NCBI GenBank assembly: GCA_030390025.1 | Contig: JASTWF010000322.1 | Location: forward strand, 372,001 to 436,000 | From: Squalus acanthias | Taxonomy: Eukaryota | DNA length: 64,000 nt | Direction: 5' to 3' | Shown: positions 21,783 to 34,369 of the stretch, piece by piece | Position numbering within the stretch: position 1 is the stretch's first letter | Layout of the letters: the number at the start of each line of letters is the position of its first letter | Notes under the pieces: model-generated | Told to the model about the DNA's origin: nothing | The model's input: the letters and a program-made list of their open reading frames with translations, nothing else | The model's database searches: none | Program-made: the position numbers and the translations under genes

Positions 21783-23000
21783 GGGGAACCAGTGGATGTA
21801 GTATAGTTGGATTTCCAAAAGGCATTCGATAAGGTGCCACATAAAAGGTTATTACACACAGATTAGGGCTCATGGGGTTGGGGGTAATATAGTAGCATGG
21901 ATAGAGGATTGGTTAACGGACAGAAAACAGAGAGTAGGGATAAACGGGTCATTTTCAGGTTGGCAGGCTGTAACTAGTGGGGTGCCGCAAGGATCAGTGT
22001 TGGGGCCTCAGCTATTTACCATCTATATTAATGACCTAGATGAAGGGACCGAGTGTAATGTATCCAAGTTTGCTGATGATACAAAGCTAGGTGGGACAGT
22101 AAGCTGTGAGGAGAACACAAAGAGTCTGCAAAGAGATATAGGTAAGACTAAGTGAGTGGGCAGTAAGGTGGCAGATGGAGGATAATGTAGGGAAATGTGA
22201 GGTTATTCACTTTGGTAGGAAGAATAGAAAAACAGAATATTTTTTAAATGGTGAGAAACTTTCAAATGTTGGTGTTCAGAGAGATTTGGGTGTCCTCGTG
22301 CAAGAAACACAGAAAGCTAGCATGCAGGTACAGCAAGCAATAAGGAAGGCAAATGGCAAGTTGGCCTTTGTTACAAGGGGGGTTGGAGTATAAGAGTAAG
22401 GAAGTCTTGCTACAATTGTACAGGGCCTTGGTGAGACCACACCTGGAGTACTGTGCACAGTTTTAGTCTCCTTATCTGAGGAAGGATATACTTGCCTTGG
22501 AGGTGGTGCAGCGAAGGTTCACTAGATTGATTCCTGGGATGAGAGGGCTGTCCTATGAGGAGAGATTGTGTAGATTGGGCCGATACTCTCTGGAGTTTAG
22601 AAGAATGAGAGGTGATCTCATTGAAACGTATAAGATTCTGAGGGGGATTGACAGGGTAGATGCTGAGAGGTTGTTTCCCCCTGGCTGGAGAGTCTAGAAC
22701 CAGGGGTCACAGTCTCAGGATAAGGGGTCGGCCATTTAGGACTGAGATGAGGAGGAATTTTTTCACTCAGAGGGTGGTGAATCTGTGGAATTCTCTGCCC
22801 CAGAGGGCTGTGGAGGCTCAGTCGTTGAGTATATTCAAGGCTGAGATCGATAGATCTTTGGACTCTCGGGGAATCGAGGGATATGGGGATCGGGCGGGAA
22901 AGTGGAGTTGAGGTCGAAGATCAGCCATGATCTCATTGAATGGCGGAGCAGGCTCGAGGGGCCGAATGGCCGACTCCTGCTCCTAATTCTTATGTTCTTA
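21783..23000 (+). mobile_element. CR1-type LINE fragment, RT domain to 3' tail
   Basis: Nucleotide translation gives [22 protein letters not shown] and [10 protein letters not shown]; ends GYGDRAGKWS. Confidence 0.92.
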
Positions 23001-23004
23001 AGTA

Positions 23005-23782
23005 ATCCTTCCTTAGGTAAGGAGACCAAAACTGTACACAGTACTCCAGGTGTGGTCTCACCAGGGCCCTATAGAAACATAGAAACATAGAAGATAGGAG
23101 CAGGAGTAGGCCATTCGGCCCCTCGAGCCTGCTCCGCCATTCAATGCGATCATGGCTGATCATCCAAACTCAGTACCCTGTCCCTGCTTCTCCCCATATC
23201 ACTTGATCCCTTTAGCCTTAAGAAATATATCTAACTCCTTCTTAAATATATTTAATGAATTGGCCTCAACTGCCTTCTATGGTAGAGAATTCCACAGGTT
23301 CACCACTCTCTGGGTGAAGAAATTCCTCCTCATCTCAGTCCTAAATGGCTTACCCCTTATCCTTAGACTGTGACCCCTGGTTCTGGACTCCCCGGACCAT
23401 CGGGAACATCCTTCCTGCATCTAGTCTGTCTAGTCCTGTCAGAATTTTATAAGTTTCAATGAGATCCCCTCTCATTCTTCTAAACTCCAGCGAGTATAAG
23501 CCCAATCGACCCAATCTCTCCTCATACGTCATCCCTGCCATCCCAGGTATCAGCCTTGTGAATCTTCGCTGCACTCCCTCCATGGCAAGAACACCCTTCC
23601 TCAGATAAGGCGACCAAAACTGCACACAATACTCAAAGTGTGGTCTCACCAAGGCCCTGTACAACTGCAGCAAGACATCCTTGCTCCTGTACTTGAATCC
23701 TCTCGCTATGAAGGCCAACAGACCATTTGCCTTCTTCACCGCCTGCTGCACCTGCAGGCTTACCTTCAGCGACTGGTGCACA
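23005..23782 (-). mobile_element. CR1-type LINE 3' fragment(s)
   Basis: AVKKANGLLAFIARG...LVRPHFEYC...; (ATAGAAAC)n tail at about 23070. Confidence 0.9.
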
Positions 23783-24139
23783 ATTGCATATAATTGCAGT
23801 AAGATGTCTTGATACTTCTACTCAAATGCTCTTGTAAGAAAGAGGCCCTTGCTTATAGCTCTGTGAATATAGTTGGGAGGCAAAGCCCTGTGGTTTAACT
23901 AATAATAGGATTGGTATGAAAAAATGCCCTGCAGCAATGCACAAGCTATGTGCCGCCTAGCCCTCGTTTCGTTGCAATTATCTCGCAATGCTTGCATTCA
24001 TTTAGGACCATGTCACTTATTGTGATGTCCCACATTCCTTCCATGCAAATGTTCTGTTTGTCGCAAGATCCCTCAAATAGCAATCAGCTGACTGCTCAAC
24101 GAGAACAACAAGGTCATGGTTTTCATTTTTTGGTTGATT

Positions 24140-24415
24140 CCTTCATGGGATGTGGGCGTCGCTGGCAAGGCCGGCATTTATTGTCCATCCCGAGTTGCCC
24201 TTGAGAAGGTGGTGGTGAGCTGCCTTCTTGAACTGCTGCAGTCCGTGTGGTGAAGGTGCTCCCACAGTGCTGTTAGGGAGGGAGTTCCAGGTTTTTGACC
24301 CAGCGACGATGAAGGATCGGCCGATATATTTCCAAGTCAGGATGGTGTGTGACTTGGAGGTGGAACTTGGAGGTGGTGGTGTTCCCATGCGCCTGCTGCC
24401 CTTGTCCTTCTACAT
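24140..24415 (-). mobile_element. Non-LTR retrotransposon 3' end (probably the same family as 13060-13237)
   Basis: SFIVAGSKTWNSLPNS...FKKAAHHHLL, with the WNSLP motif. Confidence 0.6.
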
Positions 24416-24569
24416 GGGTTAAAAAGTACTTCATTGGCTGTAAAGCGCTTTGGGACGTGCTGAGGTTCCGAAAGGCGCTATAGAAATGCAAGTCAGCCTT
24501 TTGTCCTGACGAGAACAACCCCAGCTTCTCCAGTCGCTCCACATCACTGAAGTCCCTCATCCCTGGTGA

Positions 24570-25228
24570 AAAAAGACTTACATTTATATAGCGCCTTTCA
24601 TGGCCACCGCACGTCCTGAAAGACAATGAAGTACTTTTTGAAGTGCGGTCACTGTTGTAATGTGGGAAACGCGGCAGCCAATTTGCGCACAGCAAGCTCC
24701 CACAAACAGCAATGTGTTAATGACCAGATCATCTGTTTTAGTGATGTTGGTTGAGGGACAAATATTGGTCCCAGGACACTGGGGAGAACCCCCCCCCCCT
24801 GCTCTTCTTCCAATAGTGGCCGTGGGATCTTTTACGTCCACCTGAGAGGGCAGACGGGGGCCTCGGTTTAACGTCTCATCCGAAAGACGGCACCTCCGAC
24901 AGTGCAGCACTCCCTCAGTACTGGCACCGGGGAGTGTGGGCCTGGATTATAGGGCTCGAGTCCTAGAGTATATACATCTACCTCCGACAGTGCAGCGCTC
25001 CCTCAGTACTGGCACCGGGGGAGTGTGGGCTTGGATTATGGGGCTCGAGTCCTAGAGTATATACATCTACCTCCGACAGTGCAGCGCTCCCTCAGTACTG
25101 GCACCGGGGAGTGTGGGCCTGGATTATGGGGCTCCAGTCCTAGAGTATATACATCTACCTCCGACAGTGCAGCGCTCCCTCAGTACTGGCACCGGGGAGT
25201 GTGGGCCTGGATTATGGGGCTCGAGTCT
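24570..25228 (-). mobile_element. Deu-domain SINE with internal 88-bp array
   Basis: Tail, Deu core and about 4 units at 24895-25228. Confidence 0.85.
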
Positions 25229-25229
25229 C

Positions 25230-26377
25230 GGGAACCCCATTCTGGTCCAACTTCTCCGCGGCGACCTCCACCTCCTCGCCATCCTTGCCAAAGCGCGGTG
25301 TGGTGTGGTGCCCGGCACTGAACACAGTTGCCCAGCCGAGGCAAGTGTAATATTAATCTGACTGCCGTTGGCAAAACAAAAAAAGGGGCGTGGACCTTTG
25401 CCTTTAAGGAACGGGGACTTTAAAGGCTGCCTGGGTGATTGTGTGCTCAGTGACTGCAGGAGCTGTGTGGTGGAGGTTCGTGTTACGCCGGGACAGTGAG
25501 TTGTGAGTCCGATTTGGCAGATCTGTCTCTTAAAGACAATCTGCCCGTATGTGGTTTTTTTCGTGTCTGTGTGCTTAACGCGGTGTGTGTCAAGGTTTGG
25601 GTTCAACATTTCCAGGCAGGCACCTGTTGTCGGTGACACGTCGTAAACTTAGAAATGGAACTGGATGGACAGGTTCCGCATGGGAGAGTTGGAGAGGAGT
25701 TGCGTTCAGCTGGATCTGGGCTGCGGGTTGTCGGATCGGCAAGGAGGAAAGAGAGAGAGAGAGAGCGGGGGGAGAGCAGGAGAAGGTTGCGGTCAAAGGA
25801 GATCGCGCGCAGGATGTAGTCGGGGGAGGGCTGTTTGGCTGTGGTGTGCTTCACACATATATATATATAGAGAGAGAGAGAGAGCGGGGGGAGAGCAGGA
25901 GAAGGTTGCGGTCAAAGGAGATCGCGCCGCGGGACGTAGTCGGGGGAGGGCTGTTTGGCTGTGGCGGGCTTCACACATATATATATAGAGAGAGAGAGAT
26001 GGGTAAAGAGAGGAGGGGGTGGAAAAGTGGGGCGCAGATGAGGGGCCAAGCGAGAGGGAGAAGAATTTGAAGCAGACATCGACTCTCCCTCAGCCAAGGA
26101 CTGGCCTAAAACAGGAGGAAATCGCTATTAAACCCGGAATAGGCGGCAGGGGGGTTGGGCAGTGGGGTGAAAGGGGACACACACACGCACACACAGGCAC
26201 ACACACACTCTCGCTGCGCGTGCCCGCCTCCAGAGAGAATACACGGAGGTTAAAAGGCGCTGACTTCTCGCGGAAAATGAAGCCCCACCAGGTCGAACAG
26301 CTAGGACTGATTTACTGCTGTGTGTGTGCTGGCTTTCAGGCGGGGGGGGGGGGTGGGTTAGTTTCCCAGCTGTAAGT
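25230..26377 (+). promoter_or_regulatory. Unique island: candidate promoter and non-coding first exon(s) of the FAM83E-like gene
   Basis: About 1.1 kb that is not TE-derived, lying between repeats. Contains a GC/KLF box GGGGCGTGG (25385), a TTTAAA element, and consensus donors GTGAGT (25496) and GTAAGT (26372). An upstream exon is required if the acceptor at 33561 is real. Confidence 0.3.
25751..25998. repeat. Tandem duplication of about 119 bp bounded by (TA)n/(GA)n microsatellites
   Basis: GAGAGCGGGGGGAGAGCAGGAGAAGGTTGCGGTCAAAGGAGATCGCG...CTTCACACATATAT occurs twice, with a period of 119. Confidence 0.85.
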
Positions 26378-26449
26378 GACTCCCTCCTGGGGACCTCCGG
26401 CGCACCCCCCCCCACCCACCCCCACCACTGCCCACCACACAGTGCGTAG

Positions 26450-27080
26450 AATCGGAGACATTTATGGCACAGAATGAGGCCATTCGGCCCATCGTGTCCG
26501 CGCCGGCCGACAAAGAGCGATCCGCCCTAATCCCACTTTCCAGCTCTTGGTCCGTAGCCCTGTAGGTTACGGCACTTCAAGCGCATATCCAAGAACTTTT
26601 TAAATGTGATGAGGGTTTCTGTCTCTACCACCCTTTCAGGCAGTGAGTTCCAGACCCCCACCACCCTCTGGGTGATGAACCTTCTCCTCAAATTCCCTCT
26701 AATCCTTCTACCAATTATTTTCAATCTCTGCCCCCTGGTTATTGACCCCTCTGCTAAGGGAATAGGTCCTTCCTATCCACTCTATCTAGGCCCCTCATTA
26801 TTTTATACTCCTCAATTAAATCTCCCCTCAGCCTCCTCTGTTCCAAAGAAAACAAACCCAGCCTCTCCAATCTTTCCTCATAGCTAAAATTCTCCAGTCT
26901 TGGCAACATCCTCGTAAATCTCCTCTGCACCCTCTCTAGTGCGATCACATCCCTCCTGTAATGTGGTGACCAGAACTGCACGCAGTACTCTAGCTGTGGC
27001 CTAACCAGTGTTGTATACAGTTCTAGCATAACCCCCTGCTCTTGTATTCTATGCCTTGGCTAATAAAGGAAAGTATCCCT
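26450..27080 (-). mobile_element. CR1-type LINE 3' fragment
   Basis: [20 protein letters not shown]...GYGPRAGKWD; same subfamily as 4215-5150. Confidence 0.92.
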
Positions 27081-27084
27081 AACA

Positions 27085-27758
27085 GGACATCCCTAAGCTT
27101 TACAGCCACTGAAGTACTTTTTGAAGTGCAGTCACTGTTGTAATGCAGGAAACGCAGCAGCCAATTTGCGCACAGCAAGCTCCCACAAACAGCAATGTGA
27201 TAATGACCAGATCATCTGTTTTTAGTGATGTTGGTTGAGGGATAAATATTGGCCCCAGGACACCGGGGAGAACTCCCCCCCTGCTCTTCTTCCAATAGTA
27301 GCCCTGGGATCTTTTACGTCCACCTGAGAGGGCAGACGGGGCCTCGGTTTAACGTCTCATCCCGAAAGACAGCACCTCCGACAGTGCAGCGCTCCCTCAG
27401 TACTGGCACCGGGGAGTGTGGGCCTGGATTATGGGGCTCGAGTCCTAGAGTATATACATCTACCTCCGACAGTGCAGCGCTCCCTCAGTACTGGCACCGG
27501 GGAGTGTGGGCCTGGATTATGGAGCTCGAGTCCTAGAGTATATACATCTACCTCCGACAGTGCAGCGCTCCCTCAGTACTGGCACCGGGGAGTGTGGGCC
27601 TGGATTATGGGGCTCCAGTTCTAGAGTATATACATCTACCGCCGACAGTGCAGCGCTCCCTCAGTACTGGCACCGGGGAGTGTGGGCCTGGATTATGGAG
27701 CTCGAGTCCTAGAGTATATACATCTACCTCCGACAGTGCAGCGCTCCCTCAGTACTGA
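27085..27758 (-). mobile_element. Deu-domain SINE with internal 88-bp array
   Basis: Deu core plus about 4 units at 27375-27758. Confidence 0.85.
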
Positions 27759-28054
27759 ACCCTGGTACCATTCTGGTCAATCTCCCCCTTAATCTTCTCT
27801 GCTCTAAGGAGAACAATCCCAGCTTCTCCAGTCTCTCCACATCACTGAAGTCCCTCATCCCTGGTACCATTCTGGTAATTCAATAAGATCATGGCTGATC
27901 ATCAACCTCAATTCCACTTCCCTCCCTACCTCCATATCTCTTGATTCCCTCAGTATCCAGTGAGTCCACATGCAAATTGGGCCACACATTTGCACCTGAT
28001 TGAATCAATCTCACATTCCTAAAACTAGCAACAGGAAATTACATCAACTGCTCC

Positions 28055-29200
28055 CATTTATCCGGCGCCTTTAACATAGTAAAACGTCCCAGGGCGCTTC
28101 ACAGGAGCGATTATCAAAGACAATCTGACCCCGATCCACATGAGATATTAGGACAGGTGATCAAAAGCTTGGTCAAAGAGGTCGGTCTTAAGGAGCGTCT
28201 TAAAGGAGGAGAGAGAGGCGGAGAGGTTGAGGGAGGGAATTCCAGAGCTCAGGGCCCAGGCAGCTGAAGGCACGGCCGCCAATGGTGGAGCGATGGAAAT
28301 CGGGGGATGCTCAAGAAGTTAGAATTGGAGGAGCGCAGAGATCTGGGAGGGTTGTAGGGCTGGAGGAGGTTACAGAGATAGGGAGGAGGCGAGGGGCCAT
28401 GGAGGGATTTGAACAGGAGGATGTGAATTGTAGGGGCTGGAGGAGGTTACAGAGATAGGGAGTGGGCGAGGGGCCATGGAGGGATTTGAACAGGAGGATG
28501 TGAATTGTAGGGGCTGGAGGAGGTTACAGAGATAGGGAGGGGGCGAGGGGCCATGGAGGGATTTGAACAGGAGGATGAGAATTGTAGGGGCTGGAGGAGG
28601 TTACAGAGATAGGGAGGGGGCGAGGGGCCATGGAGGGATTTGAACAGGAGGATGAGAATTGTAGGGGCTGGAGGAGGTTACAGTGATAGGGAGGAGCGAG
28701 GGCCATGGAGGGATTTGAAGAGGAGGATGAGAATTGTAGGGGCTGGAGGAGGTTACAGTGATAGGGAGGAGCGAGGGCCATGGAGGGATTTGAACAGGAG
28801 GATGAGAATTGTAGGGGCTGGAGGAGGTTACAGAGATAGAGAGGGGGCGAGGGGCCATGGAGGGATTTGAACAGGAGGATGTGAATTGTAGGGGCTGGAG
28901 GAGGTTACAGAGATAGGGAGGGGGCGAGGGGCCATGGAGGGATTTGAACAGGAGGATGAGAATTGTAGGGCTGGAGGAGGTTACAGAGATAGGGAGGGGT
29001 GAGGGCCATGGAGGGATTTGAACAGGAGGATGTGAATTGTAGGGGCTGGAGGAGGTTACAGAGATAGGGAGGGGGCAAGGGACCATGGAGGGATTTGAAC
29101 AGGAGGATGAGAATTTTGAAATCGAGGCGTTGCCGGACCGGGAGCCAGTGTCGGTCAGCGAGCACAGGGGGCGATGGGTGAACAGGACTCGGTGGGAGTT
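28055..29200 (-). mobile_element. L2 LINE 3' end with 76-77 bp array (about 28350-29115)
   Basis: L2 tail and HWLPVRQRLDFKILIL; about 10 units. Confidence 0.87.
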
Positions 29201-29477
29201 TGACGAATTTGGAAAAGGTCGAATGCGAGTGATTTTCTCTGTCGCTCTCTTCCTCATTGCTGCACCTGATCCAACACATGCAACTGTGGTCTGGGGCCAT
29301 GCTTTCAAAGTGCATCATTGCCACCTGCCCCACATTGCGATCTCTTTCGTACGCGATTGCAATGTTGGGCATTGATGCGACTCCGTGGTTTAGTTAGTCA
29401 AAGAGCATGTTTGTTAGACAGGAGATCCTGGGGTTTACTTCCACAGTGGGACCTGTTCGTTTCGGGACCTGGGAGTT

Positions 29478-30578
29478 AATTGGTTGGCAGACAGAAAGCA
29501 AAGAGTTGGAATAAACGGGTCTTTTTCTGAGTGGCAGGCAGTGACTAGTGGGGTACCGCAGGGATCGGTGCTAGGACCCCAGCTATTCACAATATACATT
29601 AATGATCTAGACGAGGGAACTAGATGTAATATCTCCAAGTTTGCAGACGACACAAAGCTGGGTGGGAGTGTGTGCTGCGAGGAGGATACCGAGAAACTCC
29701 AGGATGATTTGGACAGGTTGGGTGATTGGGCAGAAGCGTGACAGATGCAATATAACGTGGATAAATGCGAGGTTATCCACTTTGGTGTCAAAAACAGAAA
29801 GGCAGATTATTATCTGAATGGCAATAGATTGGGAGAAGGGGAAGTGCAACGAGACCTGGGTGTCCTTGTGCACCAGTCGCTGAAGGTAAGCATGCAGGTG
29901 CAGCAGGCAGTGAAGAAGGCAAATGGTATGTTGGCCTTCATAGTGAGAGGGTTTGAGTACAGGAACAAGGATGTCTTGCTGCAGTTGTACAGGGCCTTGG
30001 TGAGACCACACCTTGAGTATTGTGTGCAGTTTTGGTGGCCTTATCTGAGGAAGGATGTTCTTGCCATGGAAGGAGTTCAGCGAAGATTCACAAGGCTGAT
30101 ACCTGGGATGGCAGGAATGACATATGAGGAGAGATTGGGTCGATTGGGCTTATACTCGCTGGAGTTTAGAAGAATGAGAGGGGATCTCATTGAAACTTAT
30201 AAAATTCTAACAGGACTAGACAGACTAGATGCAGGAAGGATGTTCCCGATGGTGGGGGAGTCCAGAATCAGGGGTCACAGTCTAAGGATAAGGGGTAAGC
30301 CATTTAGGACTGAAATGAGGAGGAATTTCTTCACCCAGAGAGTGGTGAACCTGTGGAATTCTCTACCACAGAAGGTAGTTGAGGCCAATTCATTAAATAT
30401 ATTCAAGACGGAGATGGATATATTTCTTAAGGCTAAAGGGATCAAGGGATATGGGGAGAAAGCAGGGACAGGGTACTGAATTTGGATGATCAGCCATGAT
30501 CTCATCGAATGATGGAGCAGGCTCGAGGGGCCGAATGGCCTACTCCTGCTCCTATCTTCTATGTTTCTATGTTTCTAT
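29478..30578 (+). mobile_element. CR1-type LINE, RT domain to 3' tail, well preserved (one internal stop)
   Basis: [21 protein letters not shown]...[10 protein letters not shown], then a 244-aa open C-terminal part. Confidence 0.95.
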
Positions 30579-30589
30579 GATTCTATAAC

Positions 30590-31920
30590 GTGCATCGGTC
30601 CCTGAAGGTGGCGGGACATATTGAGAGAGTGGTTAGTAAAGCATATGGGATCTCGGGCTTCATAAATAGAGGTATTGAGTACAAAAGTAGAGAAGACATA
30701 TGGGATACTTGCCTTCATTAGCCGAGGCATAGAATATAAGAGCAGGGAGGTTATGATGGAGCTGTACAAAACGCTAGTTAGGCCACAGCTGGAATACTGT
30801 GTGCAGTTCTGGTCGCCACACTATAGGAAGGATGTGATTGCATTGGAGAGGGTGCAGAGGAGATTCACCAGGATGTTACCTGGGCAGGAGCGCTTCAGCT
30901 ATGAAGAGAGACTGGACAGGCTGGGGTTGTTTTCCTTAGAGCAGAGAAGGCTGAGGGGGGACCTGATTGAGGTGTACAAAATTATGAGGGGCGTAGATAG
31001 GGTAGATAGAAAGGAACTTTTCCCCTTAGTAGAGGGGTCAATAACCAGGGGGCATAGTTTCAAGGGAAGGGGCAGGAGGTTTCGAGGGGATTTGAGGAAA
31101 AACTTTTTCACCCAGAGGGTGGTTGGAATCTGGAACTCACTGCCTGAAAGGGTGGTAGAGGCAGGAACCCTCACAACATTCAAGAAGCATTTAGATGAGC
31201 ACTTGAAACGCCATAGCATACAAGGCTACGGACCAAGTGCTGGCAAATGGGATTAGAATAGACAGGGCTTGATGGCCGGCGCGGACACGACGGGCCGAAG
31301 GGCCTCTTTCTGCGCTGTATAACTCGATGACTCTATTATGCTGAACCTTTATAAAGCGCTGGTTAGGCCACAACTGGAGTATTGCGTCCAGTTCTGGTCA
31401 CCACACTTTAGGAAGGATGTGAAGGCCCTTGAGAGGGTGCAGAGGAGATTTACCAGAATGGTTCCGGGGATGGGGGATCTTAGCTACAAGGACAGGTTGG
31501 AGAAGCTGGATTTGTTTTCATTAGAGCAAAGGAGGTTGAGGGGTGATTTGATCGAGGTGTACAAGATTATGACGGGTTTGGATAGGCTAGACGGGGAAAG
31601 GCTGTTCCCACTAGTTGATGGTACAAGGACTAGGGGACACAGATTTAAGGTTTTGGGAAAGAGATATAGGGGGGATGTGAGGAAAAACTTTTTTACGCAG
31701 CGAGTGGTGAGGACCTGGAACTCGCTGCCGACGGAAGTGGTGGAAGCGGAGACACTCAATGTTTTCAAGGGGAGACTGGATAGGCACTCGAGGGAAATAA
31801 ACTTGCAGGGCTACGGGGATAGAGCGGGGAATGGGACTGACTGGATTGCTGTACAGAGAGCCGGCACGGACTCGATGGGCCGAATGGCCTCCTTCTGTGC
31901 CGTATAGACTCGATGACTCT
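30590..31920 (+). mobile_element. CR1 copy interrupted by a second CR1 (30696-31335)
   Basis: AGAGAAG|TTATGCTG is contiguous at about 16720 but split here by another CR1 3' fragment with its own tail. Confidence 0.85.
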
Positions 31921-32239
31921 GTGTTGTTAAATCTCAGCCTGCGAGAGATGGCATGTTTTGACACGACATTGTAATGTTAAGCATGTGCTGTTTGCTGTGT
32001 ACACTGCATTGGTTAGACCACAGTGATCGTCTGACTTGCAGTCTTCACACGGAAGGGTATTGGTGTCACGGATAAGGGCGAGGAGTCATATGACAGGACC
32101 AAGACTGGCAGAGTAGAGTTCCGGGCAACATGCTTCACAAGAGCCTCCTCCCACCCCTCTCCCTCTCACCCCCATCACCGTATCCTTCTCCTCCCTTCTC
32201 CCTCATGTCTTTACCGAGCATCCCCTAGATTCAGGAAAG

Positions 32240-33500
32240 GGGTAAATTATGAGGAGAGATGTCACAAATTTAGGGTTGTATTCCCTGGAATTTCAAAGGT
32301 AAAGGGATCAAAGTTTTCAAGGTATTCCGCGGAACTGTGAGGGCAGAGAGAGAGAAACTATTTCCGCTGGTTGGGGATTCTAGGACTAGGGGGCATAGTC
32401 TAAAAATTAGAGCCAGACCTTTCAGGAGTGAAGTGAGGAAACACTTCTACACACAAAGGGTGAACAGGAGGATGAGAATTGTAGGGGCTGGAGGAGGTTA
32501 CAGAGATAGGGAGGGTGCAAGGGGCCATGGAGGGATTTGAACAGGAGGATGAGAATTGTAGGGCTGGAGGAGGTTACAGAGATAGGGAGGGGGCGAGGGG
32601 CCATGGAGGGATTTGAACAGGAGGATGAGAATTGTAGGGCTGGAGGAGTTTACAGAGATAGGGAGGGTGCAAGGGGCCATGGAGGGATTTGAACAGGAGG
32701 ATGAGAATTGTAGGGCTGGAGGAGGTTACAGAGATAGGGAGGGGGCGAGGGGCCATGGAGGGATTTGAACAGGAGGATGAGAATTGTAGGGCTGGAGGAG
32801 GTTACAGAGATAGGGAGGGGGCGAGGGCCATGGAGGGATTTGAACAGGAGGATGAGAATTGTAGGGCTGGAGGAGTTTACAGAGATAGGGAGGGGGCGAG
32901 GGGCCATGGAGGGATTTGAACAGGAGGATGAGAATTGCAGGGGCTGGAGGAGGTTACAGAGATAGGGAAGGGGCGAGGGCCATGGAGGGATTTGAAGAGG
33001 AGGATGAGAATTGTAGGGGCTGGAGGAGGTTACAGAGATAGGGAAGGGGCGAGGGCCATGGAGGGATTTGAAGAGGAGGATGAGAATTGTAGGGGCTGGA
33101 GGAGGTTACAGAGATAGGGAGGGGGCGAGGGCCATGGAGGGATTTGAAGAGGAGGATGAGAATTGTAGGGGCTGGAGGAGGTTACAGAGATAGGGAGGGG
33201 GCGAGGGCCATGAAGGGATTTGAACAGGAGGATGAGAATCGTAGGGGCTGGAGGAGGTTACAGAGATAGGGAGGGGGCGAGGGCCATGAAGGGATTTGAA
33301 CAGGAGGATGAGAATCGTAGGGGCTGGAGGAGGTTACAGAGATAGGGAGGGGGGCGAGCACAGGGGGTGATGGGTGAACGGGACTCGGTGCGAGTTAGGA
33401 CACGGGTGCAGCAGGAGTTTAAGATGAGCTGATGGTTACGGAGGGTGGAAGATGGGAGGCCGGCCAGGAGAGCGTCGGAATAGTCGGGAGTCTGGAGCGG
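32240..33500. mobile_element. CR1 fragment (+) joined to L2-derived 75-77 bp array and L2 fragment (-)
   Basis: EKLFPLVGDSRTRGHSLKI, then about 12 array units at 32460-33355 and L2 continuation. Confidence 0.85.
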
Positions 33501-33561
33501 GGCAAAGGTCAATGACACAGACGGTAACCCTCTTCTCTCTTTTTCTCGTTTGTTCCGCCAG

Positions 33562-33874
33562 TGTTGGGAACGATCCGATCCGACTGACCATCGGAAGGCC
33601 GTGCGTCGGGCGTGGCAACGTTTAGAGCCCCCAGGCCCCCGGGGATTGGGGGGCTGGAAAGGGAGTGGGGATCTGGGAAACTCCCGGTCGGACGAAGGAC
33701 TGAGGGGACCGAGATTGCGGAAGGTTCGAACCCCGGGAGGAGAGTGAAGAGCGGGCGAGTGTCGCGGTCGCGGTCCGGGTCCGGCACGGGGATTGGGCCG
33801 TAGGTTCCTGGGGAGCAGCGTTGGGAGATTGTCAGAGGAGGAGGAGGAGGAGGAGGAGGAGAAGGAGGACCGCC
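33562..33874 (+). other. Probable 5' UTR portion of the first coding exon
   Basis: Polypyrimidine tract CTCTTCTCTCTTTTTCTCGTTTGTTCCGCCAG ends at 33561. The following CpG-rich unique sequence has no upstream ATG and a (GAG)n run just before the Kozak ATG. Confidence 0.55.
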
Positions 33875-34330
33875 ATGGCCGCCTCACAGGTGGAGTGCCT
33901 GGAAGAGGACAATGTCAACCTCAAGCTCTGCGAGAGCTACCCGCAGTTCGTGTACAGCGAGAAGCAACGCCAGGCCCTGGAGGCGTTGATGGCCAGGGGG
34001 GTGGGGGCCTTCCACCAGTGCGTCAAACGCGAGGGCATCCGCCCCTTCCTCTCAGGCGAGGAGACCCGGCGCATCCACGACACCACCGAGGACTACCGGC
34101 ACGGCGAGGTGTCGGGGCCGGAGGAGGAGGACAGCGAACTGGGGGAGGACCTCTCGCTCACCTACTGGCCGGTCAAGTCGGACGTCCTGGCCCCCTTCCT
34201 GGCCCTGGGCTGGCCGGAGATTGGCATGTGGAAAGGCATCACCCGGGCCACTGTCTACACCCACCCACCCATGGAAAACATGCCCACTATCAAGGAGGTG
34301 GTTCGCAGGCTCCTGCAGAATGCCAAGCAG
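33875..34330 (+). CDS. FAM83E: FAM83-family protein (DUF1669/PLD-like N-terminal domain), first coding exon; most similar to FAM83E
   Basis: Strong Kozak context GACCGCCATGG. 152 codons, MAASQVECLEED...YSEKQRQALEAL...FLS...SLTYWPVKSD...LGWPE...WKGITRATVYTHPP...IKEVVRRLLQNAKQ, match the FAM83 N-terminus. MAASQ and WKGITRA recall FAM83E. Ends at phase-0 donor CAG|GTAGGA. Family is near-certain; paralog (E vs G/F) is less so. Confidence 0.92.
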
Positions 34331-34369
34331 GTAGGACATCCACAGTTGGCATTGGTGGGTCCAGTTGCG

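Noticed and set aside
29200..29478. Unique segment with a p53/p63 half site (GAGCATGTTT)
   Set aside because: Only one good half site, which is expected by chance; no other support.
29484..31907. Long RT-like ORFs as active LINE or host genes
   Set aside because: 5'-truncated CR1 fragments lacking ORF1 and endonuclease, with stops or chimeric joins.
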